A DNA stretch of 34,126 nt from a virus (Duplodnaviria > Caudoviricetes). The notes below the pieces were generated by a model that did not search any database, was not told the DNA's origin, and worked only from the letters and a program-made list of their open reading frames with translations. Each line of letters opens with the position of its first letter. Position 1 is the stretch's first letter. The translations under genes were made by a program, and so were the position numbers. The stretch covers positions 1 to 34,126 of IMG/VR virus record IMGVR_UViG_3300033067_000816. The stretch is one strand, 5' to 3'. Shown here piece after piece: positions 17,926 to 28,192 of this stretch.

Positions 17926-19757
17926 GCGCCTTTGACCTCGCCGCCGATCACGACTCCCTGAGTCTCGCCGATCAGGCGCGGGCGAATCCGCTCGACCTGT
18001 CGCAGCCGGCGGGATTCTTTACCGGCATGGGAACCGGGGCCGTCACCGGCGTCGGTCGCCTGCTGGCTGACACACAGCGCACGACCGGCCTCGCCCTGGG
18101 CGCGGTGGCCGGCAGTTTCGATATGCTGACCGGCGACGCACTCAAGGCGCAGGAGAAGGTCTTCGAGCATATTGTCACGCCGGCAGACAAGCTTTCGCGG
18201 CACCTGGCGCCGAAACCCGAAGAAATCGGCATGGCTGGCCAACTTCTGCATGGACTGATCAAGATCGGCGGCGAGGCGGTCGCCTTCGGCGCTCCCGGCG
18301 TGCTGGCGCTGGAAACTGTCGGCGGAACGCTGGACGCTCTCGACAAAGGCGTCGACCTGCAAACGGCGGCGAAGGTGGGCGGTGTGCAGGGCGTCGCCAC
18401 GACAGCCGGCGTAATCGCTCCGATGACATTGGGCGCGACTGGTCTGGGAATGAACGTGCTGTACGGCGCCGGCATCATCCTGGCGCTGGGCATATTCCAG
18501 CGCGGCGCAACGGCGCAGATATACGAGGACGCTGGCCGGCACGATCTGGCGCTACAGTTCAAGGCGATGGACGGCGAGGCGATGGCGGTCGACGCGATCC
18601 TCGGCGCGGCGTTTGCCGGCGGTGGCCGATTCCTGCAGATTCGCGGCGAGAAGGCCCGCGCCGATGCGGTGGCCGAGTACAAGGCCAAGATTTCCGAGAT
18701 GCTGGCGCCCGAGCATATTGACGCGGCGCTGCTGAAGAACGAGCAATTGAAGATGGAGCGCAGCGGGATGGGCCTGCCGGCTGATTTGGCCTCGCGCGAT
18801 GCCCATGTGGCGAACCTGACCGGCGCGATTGACGACCTGATGGAAGGCCGGCCGGTGACGATGCGTGAGCCGGTAGGCGACACCATTCCCGACCCTGCGG
18901 CGGCGAAGGTGCAGGCCGATGTCGAGGAAGTGCTGCGGCCGGCGGTGGAGCCGGGTATGGCTCTGGGAGCGGCCGGGCCGGATGCAGTAGCTCTGTCTGC
19001 CGCTCGCCCTTGGGACCAGGCGAATCGCACCCGAAGGGGAGACGAGTGGTTTGAAGGCGCTCGCGTAAACGAATCTTCGCGCGCAGGATTTGCCGATGCA
19101 CTGTCCAATGGTGGAGCCAATCTTCAAGCCCACGGTATGGGCAAAGAGCGGACGCTGGGCGGTGGAATCCAGAATCTGCTCAACATGCTGTCGAACGGGC
19201 TTGATGCCAATCGCGGCGGCGGGCTACTTCAGACAGCGCCGCTTGTAAGCCGGCCAGGCGAGGGGCTTGTTGGAGCAACGGCATCGGGGTCAGCGTACAG
19301 CGACGGTCCGTTCATGCTTGTCGCAAGGCCCGGTGAGTCGCTTACCGGCAACCTGTCGGGCCTTGGTGCTGTTCTGATCAATCAGGCGCACGCCGACATT
19401 GCTCCGCAGATTGCTGCCGCGATACGCGCGATACGGCCTGACATCATTGTTGCGCCATACAGCGAGGCTGGGTCGGTCGCAAAGCAACTGAGTTCTGAAA
19501 AAGTCGGCGCTGGCGACACGGCGGCAACTCCCAGGGAATCCTCGGCAGCTGCCGGTGCCGTCCAGCGCGCACCGGATGCGGCGCCGGCGCCGTTACCTGA
19601 CTCCATCAAGCCCGAGACCGTCATCCCCATCGACGACGCCTACGCGACGACGACCGTCGCCGAGGCGCGGGGCATCATCACCGATCTGGAGACCGCCGCC
19701 CGCGAGCAGGAAACAGGCTTGCGCGCGGCGGTCGCCTGCTTTCTGAGGGCTGCATGA
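17922..19757 (+). CDS. Internal virion protein with inserted globular domain
   Basis: 611 aa; Gly/Ala hydrophobic N-half, C-terminal AAVACFLR. Confidence 0.75.
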   Translation: MSAFDLAADHDSLSLADQARANPLDLSQPAGFFTGMGTGAVTGVGRLLADTQRTTGLALGAVAGSFDMLTGDALKAQEKVFEHIVTPADKLSRHLAPKPEEIGMAGQLLHGLIKIGGEAVAFGAPGVLALETVGGTLDALDKGVDLQTAAKVGGVQGVATTAGVIAPMTLGATGLGMNVLYGAGIILALGIFQRGATAQIYEDAGRHDLALQFKAMDGEAMAVDAILGAAFAGGGRFLQIRGEKARADAVAEYKAKISEMLAPEHIDAALLKNEQLKMERSGMGLPADLASRDAHVANLTGAIDDLMEGRPVTMREPVGDTIPDPAAAKVQADVEEVLRPAVEPGMALGAAGPDAVALSAARPWDQANRTRRGDEWFEGARVNESSRAGFADALSNGGANLQAHGMGKERTLGGGIQNLLNMLSNGLDANRGGGLLQTAPLVSRPGEGLVGATASGSAYSDGPFMLVARPGESLTGNLSGLGAVLINQAHADIAPQIAAAIRAIRPDIIVAPYSEAGSVAKQLSSEKVGAGDTAATPRESSAAAGAVQRAPDAAPAPLPDSIKPETVIPIDDAYATTTVAEARGIITDLETAAREQETGLRAAVACFLRAA

Positions 19758-22429
19758 TGAAGGCCGAATGCATCGACGCCGTGACGCAGGCCATCGGCCG
19801 CGCGCTCAACGCCAACGAACTGAAGAACATCGAGGATCGCGTCAGGTCGGCCATGCCGGCGGCACGGGCCGAACTCCAGAAAGCCGGCCAAGCCGTGACG
19901 CCGCGCGCCATGATGGAGCAGGCGGCAGAGATCGCCTCGCATGGGTTGCAGGCCGACGCCGCCAAGGTCAAGCAACGGATCGCCAATACCATCGCGGCGC
20001 ATGACCGGGTGGCGAACTATCTCGCCACGGCCAAGGCGCGCGGCATCGACAACTTGACGGCGCTCGACCAGTTGGTCGCCTTCGACGCCAAGGCAACCGG
20101 CCGCGTGCTGTCGGTCGAGACGCAGGGAAAGGCCATTGCAGACGAAGCGATCGGGCGCCTGGTGCAGACCTTCGAGGCGACGAATCCGACGTGGTTCGGC
20201 ATGGTCGAGGACATGGCCGGCATCCGGCTGCTGGTCAAGGAGATGATGGGCGAATCGACAGGCCACGCGGAAGCCGCGGCCGGCGCGAAGGCGTGGAAGG
20301 AAACGACCGAACTGCTGCGCCAGCGGTTCAACGCGGCCGGCGGCGACATCGGGAAGCTGGAGGATTGGGGACTGCCGCACCATCACTCACAGTCCAAGGT
20401 CTGGAAGGCTGGCGCCGACTCATGGGTGAAGGACATCATGCCCATGCTGAACCGCGACAAGTACGTCCGGCCCGATGGGCAACTGATGGACGACGCCGAA
20501 CTCGAAGGCGTGCTGCGCAAGGCATGGGACACGATCAGCAGCAACGGCATGAACAAGATCGAGCCGGGCAAGGTGACAGGCTCCGCGATGCGCGCCAATT
20601 GGGGCAGCGAGTCGCGCCAGATCCATTTCAAGGACGGCGACGCCTGGACGGCCTATCAGGTCAAGTATGGCGAACAGGGCTTTTACGACGTGATGATGGG
20701 CCACGTTCGCGGCATCGCGCAGCAGATTGCGCTGGTCGAGACCTTCGGCCCGAACCCGAATCGCAGCTTTGAATTGTTCCGCGATCAGGCGATTCTCGAC
20801 GCGATGGCGGCACGCAAGGACAACCCAAACGCGATCAACGAGAAGGCCATGAAGACGACGCGGCTGTTCAACCACGTTTCCGGGCAAGTCCTGCCGGTGG
20901 CAAACGAGGGCATGGCGCGCGGATTCGACGCGCTGCGCTCTTGGCTGGTAGCCTCACGGCTTGGATCGGCGGTGATTACCTCGATCACCGACGAGGCGAC
21001 GATGGCGCTCATGGGCCACGTCAACAACCTGCCCGAGATGCAGATTCTCCGCAACGAGTTGCACGCGCTGAATCCGAAGAACAAGCAGGACCGCAGGCTG
21101 TTGGCGCGCATGGGGCTGGCCGGCGAGGTGATGGCCTCGAACCTCGGGCGCTTCGGTCAGGAGGGGCTGGGCGCGTCTTTTGCAAGCAAGATGGCGACGG
21201 CGACGATTCGCGCATCGGGCCTGTCGGCCATGACGGCAGCGCGCAAGGCGGCATTCGGCGCGACGATGATGGACTCGATAGGCCATCTGGTGAAGACCTC
21301 CGACTTTGCCAAACTCGACGCGACCGACAACCGCATCCTGCTATCCAAGGGCGTGACGGAAACAGATTGGGCGGTGTGGAAGCTGGCGAAGCTGGAAAGC
21401 TGGCGCGGCAACGACACGATGCTGACGCCCGAAGCTGTGCGGGCAATTCCGGATGCTGACCTCGCCAAGATCGCGGGGCCGAGAGTCAAAGAGCTTGAGC
21501 AAATTCGGGATACCAAGATCAAGCAGACGGAACGCTCGGCACTCATTACCGACGAGGCTGTGAGGCAGGCAGCAATAGAGCGGACGCGCAGCACCTATGA
21601 CGCGATGATTTCCCGCGAAACTGGCCGCCTTCGAGATCAAGCCACGACCCGCCTACTTGGCGCATTCCTCGAAGAAGTCGATATGGCCGTCATTACGCCC
21701 GGCGCACGGACGAAGATGATCACCCAAGGATCGCAGGCGCGCGGCACGCTCGGCGGCGAACTATGGCGCAGCGCGTGGCTGTTCAAGTCATTCCCGTTGG
21801 CGATGCTTGAACGGCACGCCTCGCGCGGATGGGCATGGGGCGGCGAACAGGGCGGAACGGCTGGAGGCCGGGCAAAGTACCTGATGCCGCTGATTCTCGG
21901 CACGACCCTAATGGGCGGGGCGGCGGTGGAAATTTCCGAAATCCTCGCCGGGCGCGACCCGAAGAACGCGAACCCGTGGGACGATCCATCGAAGGCGGCG
22001 AAGTTCTGGGCGCAGGCGTTTTTCAAGGGCGGTAGTCTGGGCCTGTACGGCGATTTCATCTACTCCGAGGCAACCCAGCACGGCGGCGGCGGATTGTCGG
22101 CGATGCTGGGGCCGGTGGCGGGGCTGGCCGAGGAAATGATCGGCCTGACGCAAGGCAACCTGATCCAGATGGCGCAGGGCAAGGACACGCGAGCCGGCGC
22201 GGAAGCGGTCAAGGCGGTCAAGGGGCTGACGCCGGGCGCGTCGCTCTGGTACATCAAGGGCGCGGCGGATCATCTATTCTTCCAGCAGCTGCAGAACGAG
22301 CTTTCGCCGGGCTACCTCTCGACAATGGCAAGCCGGGCGCGGCGGGAATTCAATCAAGAATATTGGTGGGAACCGGGGCAGGCCGTTCCGGAACGCGCTC
22401 CCGATCTTGGCCGCGTGGTGGGAGAATAA
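19754..22429 (+). CDS. Large internal virion (DNA transfer) protein
   Basis: 891 aa; MKAECIDAV..AIGR, GGDIGKLEDWGLP, FKSFP, GG.LGLYGDF, LWYIK, SPGYL. Confidence 0.85.
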   Translation: MMKAECIDAVTQAIGRALNANELKNIEDRVRSAMPAARAELQKAGQAVTPRAMMEQAAEIASHGLQADAAKVKQRIANTIAAHDRVANYLATAKARGIDNLTALDQLVAFDAKATGRVLSVETQGKAIADEAIGRLVQTFEATNPTWFGMVEDMAGIRLLVKEMMGESTGHAEAAAGAKAWKETTELLRQRFNAAGGDIGKLEDWGLPHHHSQSKVWKAGADSWVKDIMPMLNRDKYVRPDGQLMDDAELEGVLRKAWDTISSNGMNKIEPGKVTGSAMRANWGSESRQIHFKDGDAWTAYQVKYGEQGFYDVMMGHVRGIAQQIALVETFGPNPNRSFELFRDQAILDAMAARKDNPNAINEKAMKTTRLFNHVSGQVLPVANEGMARGFDALRSWLVASRLGSAVITSITDEATMALMGHVNNLPEMQILRNELHALNPKNKQDRRLLARMGLAGEVMASNLGRFGQEGLGASFASKMATATIRASGLSAMTAARKAAFGATMMDSIGHLVKTSDFAKLDATDNRILLSKGVTETDWAVWKLAKLESWRGNDTMLTPEAVRAIPDADLAKIAGPRVKELEQIRDTKIKQTERSALITDEAVRQAAIERTRSTYDAMISRETGRLRDQATTRLLGAFLEEVDMAVITPGARTKMITQGSQARGTLGGELWRSAWLFKSFPLAMLERHASRGWAWGGEQGGTAGGRAKYLMPLILGTTLMGGAAVEISEILAGRDPKNANPWDDPSKAAKFWAQAFFKGGSLGLYGDFIYSEATQHGGGGLSAMLGPVAGLAEEMIGLTQGNLIQMAQGKDTRAGAEAVKAVKGLTPGASLWYIKGAADHLFFQQLQNELSPGYLSTMASRARREFNQEYWWEPGQAVPERAPDLGRVVGE

Positions 22430-22542
22430 GCACATGGCAAAACGTCTATCCCTGCTTTCCGGCCGCATCGAAGAAATCCCCGATGCCCCGGCAAAGTCTG
22501 CCGCCCCCGACCTCTCGGCGCAATCAACCTGCTGGAATACTG

Positions 22543-22707
22543 ATGCTGCTCGACTATTTTTTCTGGCGGCCAAAGGCGGGCGGGCAATTCCGGCGAGACG
22601 GACGGATTGATATTCGACTGCCGGCGCCTGTGGAAGCCGAATCCAACGACGAGGAAATCACCGCGATACTCGCCATCATCATGCCAATATTGCAGGGGGA
22701 ACCATGA
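22543..22707 (+). CDS. Small hypothetical protein
   Basis: MLLDYFFW...DEEITAILAII; ATGA overlap with next gene. Confidence 0.45.
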   Translation: MLLDYFFWRPKAGGQFRRDGRIDIRLPAPVEAESNDEEITAILAIIMPILQGEP

Positions 22708-23036
22708 GAAAAGACCAGATCGCACGGCTTAAGCAACTCGCGGAGGAAATCGCCGACCAGTTCATCATCGACGCCGACCCGGCGACATGGATAGGGCACG
22801 GGCTGACGCAATCCGAACTGACGCAGGCCGAGCGCGGCGATGCAGTCTGGTGCCGCAAGGTGCCAATCCAGACCGGGGCGCTGTTGGCGCGCGTGCTGGA
22901 CATCAATGATCGTTGCGTCAGTCCAAACGGCGCGATGTCCCCCGACGAGGACACCGAGAAGGAAATCAAGAAGTACGAGAAGCAGGCGAAAGAGTTGATC
23001 CATGCAGCCCAATCGAGCGCCGCTGGAAAGCGCTGA
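22704..23036 (+). CDS. Probable terminase small subunit
   Basis: 110-aa helical ORF overlapping terL start; assignment by position. Confidence 0.55.
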   Translation: MRKDQIARLKQLAEEIADQFIIDADPATWIGHGLTQSELTQAERGDAVWCRKVPIQTGALLARVLDINDRCVSPNGAMSPDEDTEKEIKKYEKQAKELIHAAQSSAAGKR

Positions 23037-24645
23037 TGTTCGCTTTCTGGCCTTCTTTCTGGCCTGGGCGGACCTCATGCGGTGGAAGGTTCCAGCCATC
23101 CATCTGCGGGCGTGCGCGTGGTTGGCGACGCGCGGAGACCTCGCCGTGTTCCGCGCCTTCCGGGGATTCTCGAAATCGACCATCCTCGCGGTCTATAACG
23201 CATGGCGCTACAGCGAGGACAAGACGTATCGAATCCTGCACCAGGGTGACCAGGACAAGACGGCTTACAAGACCAGCCGTGACTCGAAGCGCGTCATCAT
23301 GCGCCACCCATTCACTGCCCGGCTGCGCGAGATTCGCGGCGAATCGGCTTTCTGGTGGGTGCCCGGCGCCGACGACGAACGGAACCCGTCGATGCAGGCC
23401 GCCGGCATCCTGTCGGGCATCACGTCATCCCGTGCCGACGAGATCCAGAACGACGACGTGGAAGTCCCGAAGAACATCACGAACGCCGAGGCGCGGGAGA
23501 AGATGCGTTACCGGCTGGGCGAGCAGGTGCATATTCTGGTGCCGGGCGGGCGAAAGCTTTTCATCGGCACGCCGCACACGCATGACTCGCTCTACGACGA
23601 GATGGAACGCATGGGCGCGGACTGCCTGACGATCCGCATGTTCGAGCGGGAGCATCGCATCGAGGCGGCGACGGCGATGCGGTACGCGCTGCCATTCGTG
23701 CCGGAGTACGTCTTCGCCGGCATCGGGGAGGATTCGCAACTACTGGCCGAGGGCAGGGACTACCGCCTCGACGACAGGGTGATCCACTTCGCCAAGGCGC
23801 ACGGCTGCCTGATCGACTGCTATTCCGGCTGCGCCTGGCCGGAACGATTTGACCGCAAGGAACTGGCCCTGCGCCGCCGCGAGACGCGCACGATCAACGA
23901 ATGGGACAGCCAATACCAGCTTCACTCAAAGCCGGTTTCACAGCTTCGCCTCGACCCTGCGCGCATCATTCCCTACGCCGTCGAACCGCGCATCCACTAC
24001 GCCAACAAGTCGGCATCGATGTGGCTCGGCAAAGTGCGGATTGTCGGGATGGCGATGCGATGGGACCCATCCTCCGGCAAGATCAATTCCGACGTGTCGG
24101 CGCTGGCGCTGATCCTGCAAGACGAACACGGCCGGCGCTACCTGCACCGTGTCGAAAAGCTGATGGGCGAGGTCGCGGAATTCGCGGAGGACGGCAAGAC
24201 GATCACGGGCGGGCAGGTCTGGCAGATTTGCAATCTGGTCGAATCGTTCTCCGTGCCTCGCGTGACCATCGAGACAAACGGGATCGGCGGATTCGCGCCG
24301 GCCGTGCTGAAGGCGGCATTGAAGCAACGGAAACTGATCTGCGGCGTCAGCACCGAACAGGCGACCATCAACAAGGCGAAGCGCATCCTCGAAGCCTTCG
24401 AGCCGCTGATTTCCTCGCAGGTGCTGTGGGCGCATGTGTCCGTGCTGGAGGGGCCGCTATCTGCCCAAATGCGCGACTGGAACCCTGCCGCCACGAACCA
24501 GCCCGACGACTACCTCGACGCCGGGGCAGGAGCCATCACGGAAACGCCGGAACGCATACAATCACGCCAGACCGCACCGGCTACCGAACGGCGCGAGGAC
24601 TGGAGGCCGAACAGCGAAGCACTTGAAGTCGAACTCGAACTGTAA
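23002..24645 (+). CDS. terL: Terminase large subunit
   Basis: AFRGFSKST (Walker A variant), RADEIQNDDVE (Walker B), IGTPH, WDPS nuclease motif, DDYLDA. Confidence 0.93.
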   Translation: MQPNRAPLESADVRFLAFFLAWADLMRWKVPAIHLRACAWLATRGDLAVFRAFRGFSKSTILAVYNAWRYSEDKTYRILHQGDQDKTAYKTSRDSKRVIMRHPFTARLREIRGESAFWWVPGADDERNPSMQAAGILSGITSSRADEIQNDDVEVPKNITNAEAREKMRYRLGEQVHILVPGGRKLFIGTPHTHDSLYDEMERMGADCLTIRMFEREHRIEAATAMRYALPFVPEYVFAGIGEDSQLLAEGRDYRLDDRVIHFAKAHGCLIDCYSGCAWPERFDRKELALRRRETRTINEWDSQYQLHSKPVSQLRLDPARIIPYAVEPRIHYANKSASMWLGKVRIVGMAMRWDPSSGKINSDVSALALILQDEHGRRYLHRVEKLMGEVAEFAEDGKTITGGQVWQICNLVESFSVPRVTIETNGIGGFAPAVLKAALKQRKLICGVSTEQATINKAKRILEAFEPLISSQVLWAHVSVLEGPLSAQMRDWNPAATNQPDDYLDAGAGAITETPERIQSRQTAPATERREDWRPNSEALEVELEL

Positions 24646-24659
24646 CGAAAGGAACCATC

Positions 24660-25908
24660 ATGCCCGTCCAAGCAGCTACCCGCGTCAATCGCAGCACCGG
24701 CAACGGGGTGACTACGGTCTTTCCCTACACGTTCAAACTCATTTCGCAGAGCCATATCCGCGTCACGGTCGACGGAGTGGTCAAGACGATCGTCACGGAT
24801 TACACCGTGTCAGGCGTCGGCGATGCCGGCGGCGGAAATGTGACATTCACATCGGCACCAGCGAACCTTGCGGCGGTCGTCCTGAGCGGGAGCGCGCCGT
24901 ACTCACGATCCACGGACTACGTTCGCAACGGGTCATTCCAAGAGGAGACGGTCGACAATGACTTCGACCTCGCCGTCATCCTGATGCAGCAGCTTGACGA
25001 GCGCCAGGGCCGGGCGATTGCGATCCCGATTGACGACGCCACCGGGACGGATGTTGAACTCCCTGCTGCAGCGGATCGCGCGTCCAAGTATCTCGCGTTC
25101 GACGCAGACGGAAACCCGGTTGCGACTTCCGGGACTTCGAGCGTGATCGTGGTTTCGACGTTCGCGGAAACGCTGCTCGACGACGCGGATGCGGCGGCGA
25201 TGCGGGCGACCATTGGGGCGTTCGCGTCTGCCGGCGGCAACTTGTCGGGCATGATCGTGGAAGCGGAAGGCGCGGCGGTATCCTCGGCGGCGTCCTGCAA
25301 CATCTGGGCAACGGACGGGAACACTTGCCACATCACCGGCACGACGCAGATCGATGACTTTGCCACGGCCCCACAGGCCGGCGCGTGGAAGAAGGTTGTC
25401 TTCGACGATGCGCTAATCCTCAATCAGTCGGCGAACTTGAACTTGAATGGAGGCGGATCGGACATCACCACGGCAGCCGGCGATATGGCCTTCGCAGATG
25501 GATGTGTTCGTTGTGCGCAAGAGCGGGCGCGAGGTTGCGCCGCCGACTCCGGTAATCTCGACCTCCTACGATTCCGGCGATCTCACGATTGCACTGGCCG
25601 GCGCGCATACGCTGACGCACTTGCTCGGCGGCGTGCCGAAGATTTTCAACCTGCTGGCCAAGTGCACGGCGGTCGGCGGTGATGCCGGCTACGCGCAGGA
25701 CGAGGTGATCGTCTTGGCGACGAACGGGTCCGACAACGGCGCCGGGACAAACACCAACACGAGCATGCGGATCACGGCGACGCAGATCATTCTCCGCGTC
25801 GGTAGTGGTTCCGGTAACACCTTCACATACTATCCACACGCAACGACCGGCGCGACCACCGGCCTCGACTATACCAAGTGGGCATTGATCGTCCGAGCCT
25901 ACGCTTAA
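24660..25908 (+). pseudogene. Tail fibre protein, frameshifted near 25494
   Basis: T7-type anchor (GNGVTTVFPYTF, DYTVSG, DNDFD) in ORF 24660..25682; fibre-like sequence continues as QMDVFVVRKSG...LIVRAYA in ORF 25447..25908. Confidence 0.75.
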
Positions 25909-25920
25909 CAGGAGATAGAA

Positions 25921-26184
25921 ATGTCTGACCAGTGTCGCAGCGCAGAAGATTGTCCGCATGCCGAGGAATCGGCAAAGAAGGCCGTAAAAATTGTCTTTGC
26001 CATCCTTGGCGTCGATGTCGATTCGCCGAAAGAGGTTGAGGAATTCCGCGAGAACCTGCGATTTGGGGCGACTCTGCGACGGGCTGCGGATAAGGGATGG
26101 ATAGCAATCGCCGGGGCCGTCGCCATCGGCATGGCGTCCGCTGTCTGGGTCGGCGTGGGGGAGTTGATGGGGCACCACAAATGA
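25921..26184 (+). CDS. Small membrane protein of lysis module
   Basis: AGGAG RBS; C-terminal TM segment. Confidence 0.7.
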   Translation: MSDQCRSAEDCPHAEESAKKAVKIVFAILGVDVDSPKEVEEFRENLRFGATLRRAADKGWIAIAGAVAIGMASAVWVGVGELMGHHK

Positions 26185-26648
26185 TCAGCGCGCTGATTTC
26201 TTTCCTCGGCGGGTCGGTCTTCCGGATGATATGGGGCGAAGCATCGGCCTACCTCAACAAGCGGCAGGATCACCAGCACGAAACCGAAATGCTGCGCGTC
26301 CAGGCGGAACTCGATCAGGCCAGACATGCGAGCGACCTGGAACAGATGCGACTGGCGAACGAGTTGGGCGTCAAGACTATTGAGGTGCAGAAGGACGCGG
26401 CCATTGCGCAGGCCGAGGTAGATGCGTTCTCTCGCGCCATCGAAGCGGCGGCCCGCCCGAGCGGCATCAAGTGGGTCGATGCGTGGAACGGTGCGATCCG
26501 GCCCAGCTATGCCACCGTGGCGCTTGCCCTGTGGCTTGTCAAGGTCGCGGCGCAGGGCTTCAAGATGGACGCATTCGACGCGGAACTTCTGGCCGTGGTG
26601 GCGGGCTTCTACTTCGCAGACCGCAGCTTGGGCAAGCGGGGCAAATAG
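26181..26648 (+). CDS. Holin-like membrane protein
   Basis: N-terminal hydrophobic helix, coiled coil, WVDAWNGAIRP, GFYFADRS; directly before lysozyme. Confidence 0.7.
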   Translation: MISALISFLGGSVFRMIWGEASAYLNKRQDHQHETEMLRVQAELDQARHASDLEQMRLANELGVKTIEVQKDAAIAQAEVDAFSRAIEAAARPSGIKWVDAWNGAIRPSYATVALALWLVKVAAQGFKMDAFDAELLAVVAGFYFADRSLGKRGK

Positions 26649-27061
26649 TGTTCGAGCTTTACCGCCTCATACGGCAGTTCGAAGGGTGCAGGCTTCGCGC
26701 TTACCTGTGCCCTGCCGGCGTCTGGACGATTGGATGGGGAGCGACCGGCGCAGGCATTGGCCCCGGCACCGAATGGACACAGGAACAGGCCGACAAGCGG
26801 CTGGAATCCGATGCCCTCGCGTTCGCAAGGGGGGCGCTTGCACTCTGCCCTTTATTGAGCGGGAACGCCCATGCAGCGATTGCAGACTTTGCCTTTAACC
26901 TGGGACTTGGCAGGCTGCGCGCCTCGACGCTTCGCAGGCGGCTGAACGCTGGCGACATGGACGGCGCTGCGGCTGAACTCAAGAAGTGGGTCAGGGGCGG
27001 CGGTCGGGTTCTCCCTGGCCTAGTTGCGAGGCGCGCAGCAGAGGCGGCGCTTTTGCGGTAG
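26648..27061 (+). CDS. Endolysin, GH24 lysozyme
   Basis: FEGCRLRAYLCPAGVWTIGWG, FAFNLG, LPGLVARRAAE. Confidence 0.93.
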   Translation: MFELYRLIRQFEGCRLRAYLCPAGVWTIGWGATGAGIGPGTEWTQEQADKRLESDALAFARGALALCPLLSGNAHAAIADFAFNLGLGRLRASTLRRRLNAGDMDGAAAELKKWVRGGGRVLPGLVARRAAEAALLR

Positions 27062-27200
27062 CAATCCGATCTGCTCGCGTCCTCTGCCCGGTAGATTTCG
27101 CCATACTCCGAAGCCGCGCAATCGCCTCGTCGTGAATGCGGTTCAGACCGAGGGTAATTACGCGGTCGAGATCGGAGAGTTTTTCGTTGATCGTCATCAT
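26991..27200 (-). CDS. Hypothetical protein
   Basis: ATGA-coupled to AAA gene, but overlaps lysozyme 3' end. Confidence 0.4.
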   Translation of the reverse strand: MMTINEKLSDLDRVITLGLNRIHDEAIARLRSMAKSTGQRTRADRIATAKAPPLLRASQLGQGEPDRRP

Positions 27201-28192
27201 GCCGCCGCGTCCGCCTTCGACGCGATCCACGATTTCGCGCCGTCGTAGCGCGCCGCCGGCAACTTGCCGAGTGATTCAATCTTCACCTTCAGGCAGAAGG
27301 TATCGACGGGAATCCCGGCAAACTCCAAATCCGTGCGCAACTTCGCCTCCTGCTCTGCCGTGATATAGGCCGCGCCGCTGGAATCCTGGGCCGTGGTGCC
27401 GTTATCGGCTGGCGGTTGATGCGAAGATGCCGGCGCGGGCTTCTTCGCGCCTCCTGCGGCCCATTCTGCGATACGCTTCCCCGATTCCTCGGTGATGGGC
27501 TTCCCGGTCGGGAACAGGTCGCGGTGCTGCTGCTGTAGCTTGATCGGGTGCGGGATGCCCGGATCGGTTGCCAGCAGCAGAAAGCTGGCCGTGAGTTCAA
27601 AGGGTAGGTTCTTCTCGCAGATCGGAACCCAGCCGTCAAGCCCGGTCGCGGTCTGCTTCTTGACGATCTGCATTTTCCCGTTCTCGCGGACCATCTCGAT
27701 TTTTTCCTCTGCACGAAAGCACAGGATCAAGTGCGCGCGGACCTGCAAAAGCCGTTGCACCATCTTCTTGTGCTCGGTCTTCGGGCGAATCCATGCGGCC
27801 ATCTTCACGGCTTCGCGCTTTTTCCAGTCGTCGCCGGCCATGCGGGTGAGTTCGGCCTCCTGCATATCCAGCACGCCGCCATCACCGGCCCACAGGTGCG
27901 ACACGGAGTCGACCACGATTACGGGGTATCCCGCCTTGTCTGCCGCCATGATGGCCTCGGCGTAGGCGTGCGGGTTGAACGGCGCGGACAGGTCGCCGTG
28001 ATCGAAGCGGAACTGGTCGGCGTAGTGCTTGGCGCGGCCTGCCTCGGTGTCGATCAGGGCGAAGGGCTTATCGCCAGCAATGCCGGACGCGAGGCGCATC
28101 GCCGTGTAAGTTTTACCGCTACCCGTGCCGCCGGCCAGCCCGATCAGCAGGCCGACGTTTTCCCGGATCGCTGGGCGAAAGGTGAAGGTCAT
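27197..28192 (-). CDS. AAA/P-loop ATPase of phage recombination module (AAA_24/Sak4-like)
   Basis: GGTGSGKT, LIDTE, IVVDSVSH. Confidence 0.85.
   Translation of the reverse strand: MTFTFRPAIRENVGLLIGLAGGTGSGKTYTAMRLASGIAGDKPFALIDTEAGRAKHYADQFRFDHGDLSAPFNPHAYAEAIMAADKAGYPVIVVDSVSHLWAGDGGVLDMQEAELTRMAGDDWKKREAVKMAAWIRPKTEHKKMVQRLLQVRAHLILCFRAEEKIEMVRENGKMQIVKKQTATGLDGWVPICEKNLPFELTASFLLLATDPGIPHPIKLQQQHRDLFPTGKPITEESGKRIAEWAAGGAKKPAPASSHQPPADNGTTAQDSSGAAYITAEQEAKLRTDLEFAGIPVDTFCLKVKIESLGKLPAARYDGAKSWIASKADAAA

Noticed and set aside
22434-22610. ORF MAKRLSLLSGRIEEIPDA...
   Set aside because: Has an RBS but overlaps ORF 22543-22707 in another frame; cannot be resolved without homologues.
24660-25908. 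Diversity-generating retroelement as in BPP-1
   Set aside because: No reverse transcriptase and no TR/VR pair seen.
26363-26374. GTTGGGCGTCAA, complementary to the HTH-side R box (32090-32101)
   Set aside because: Lies inside the holin gene with no attC hairpin; probably chance.
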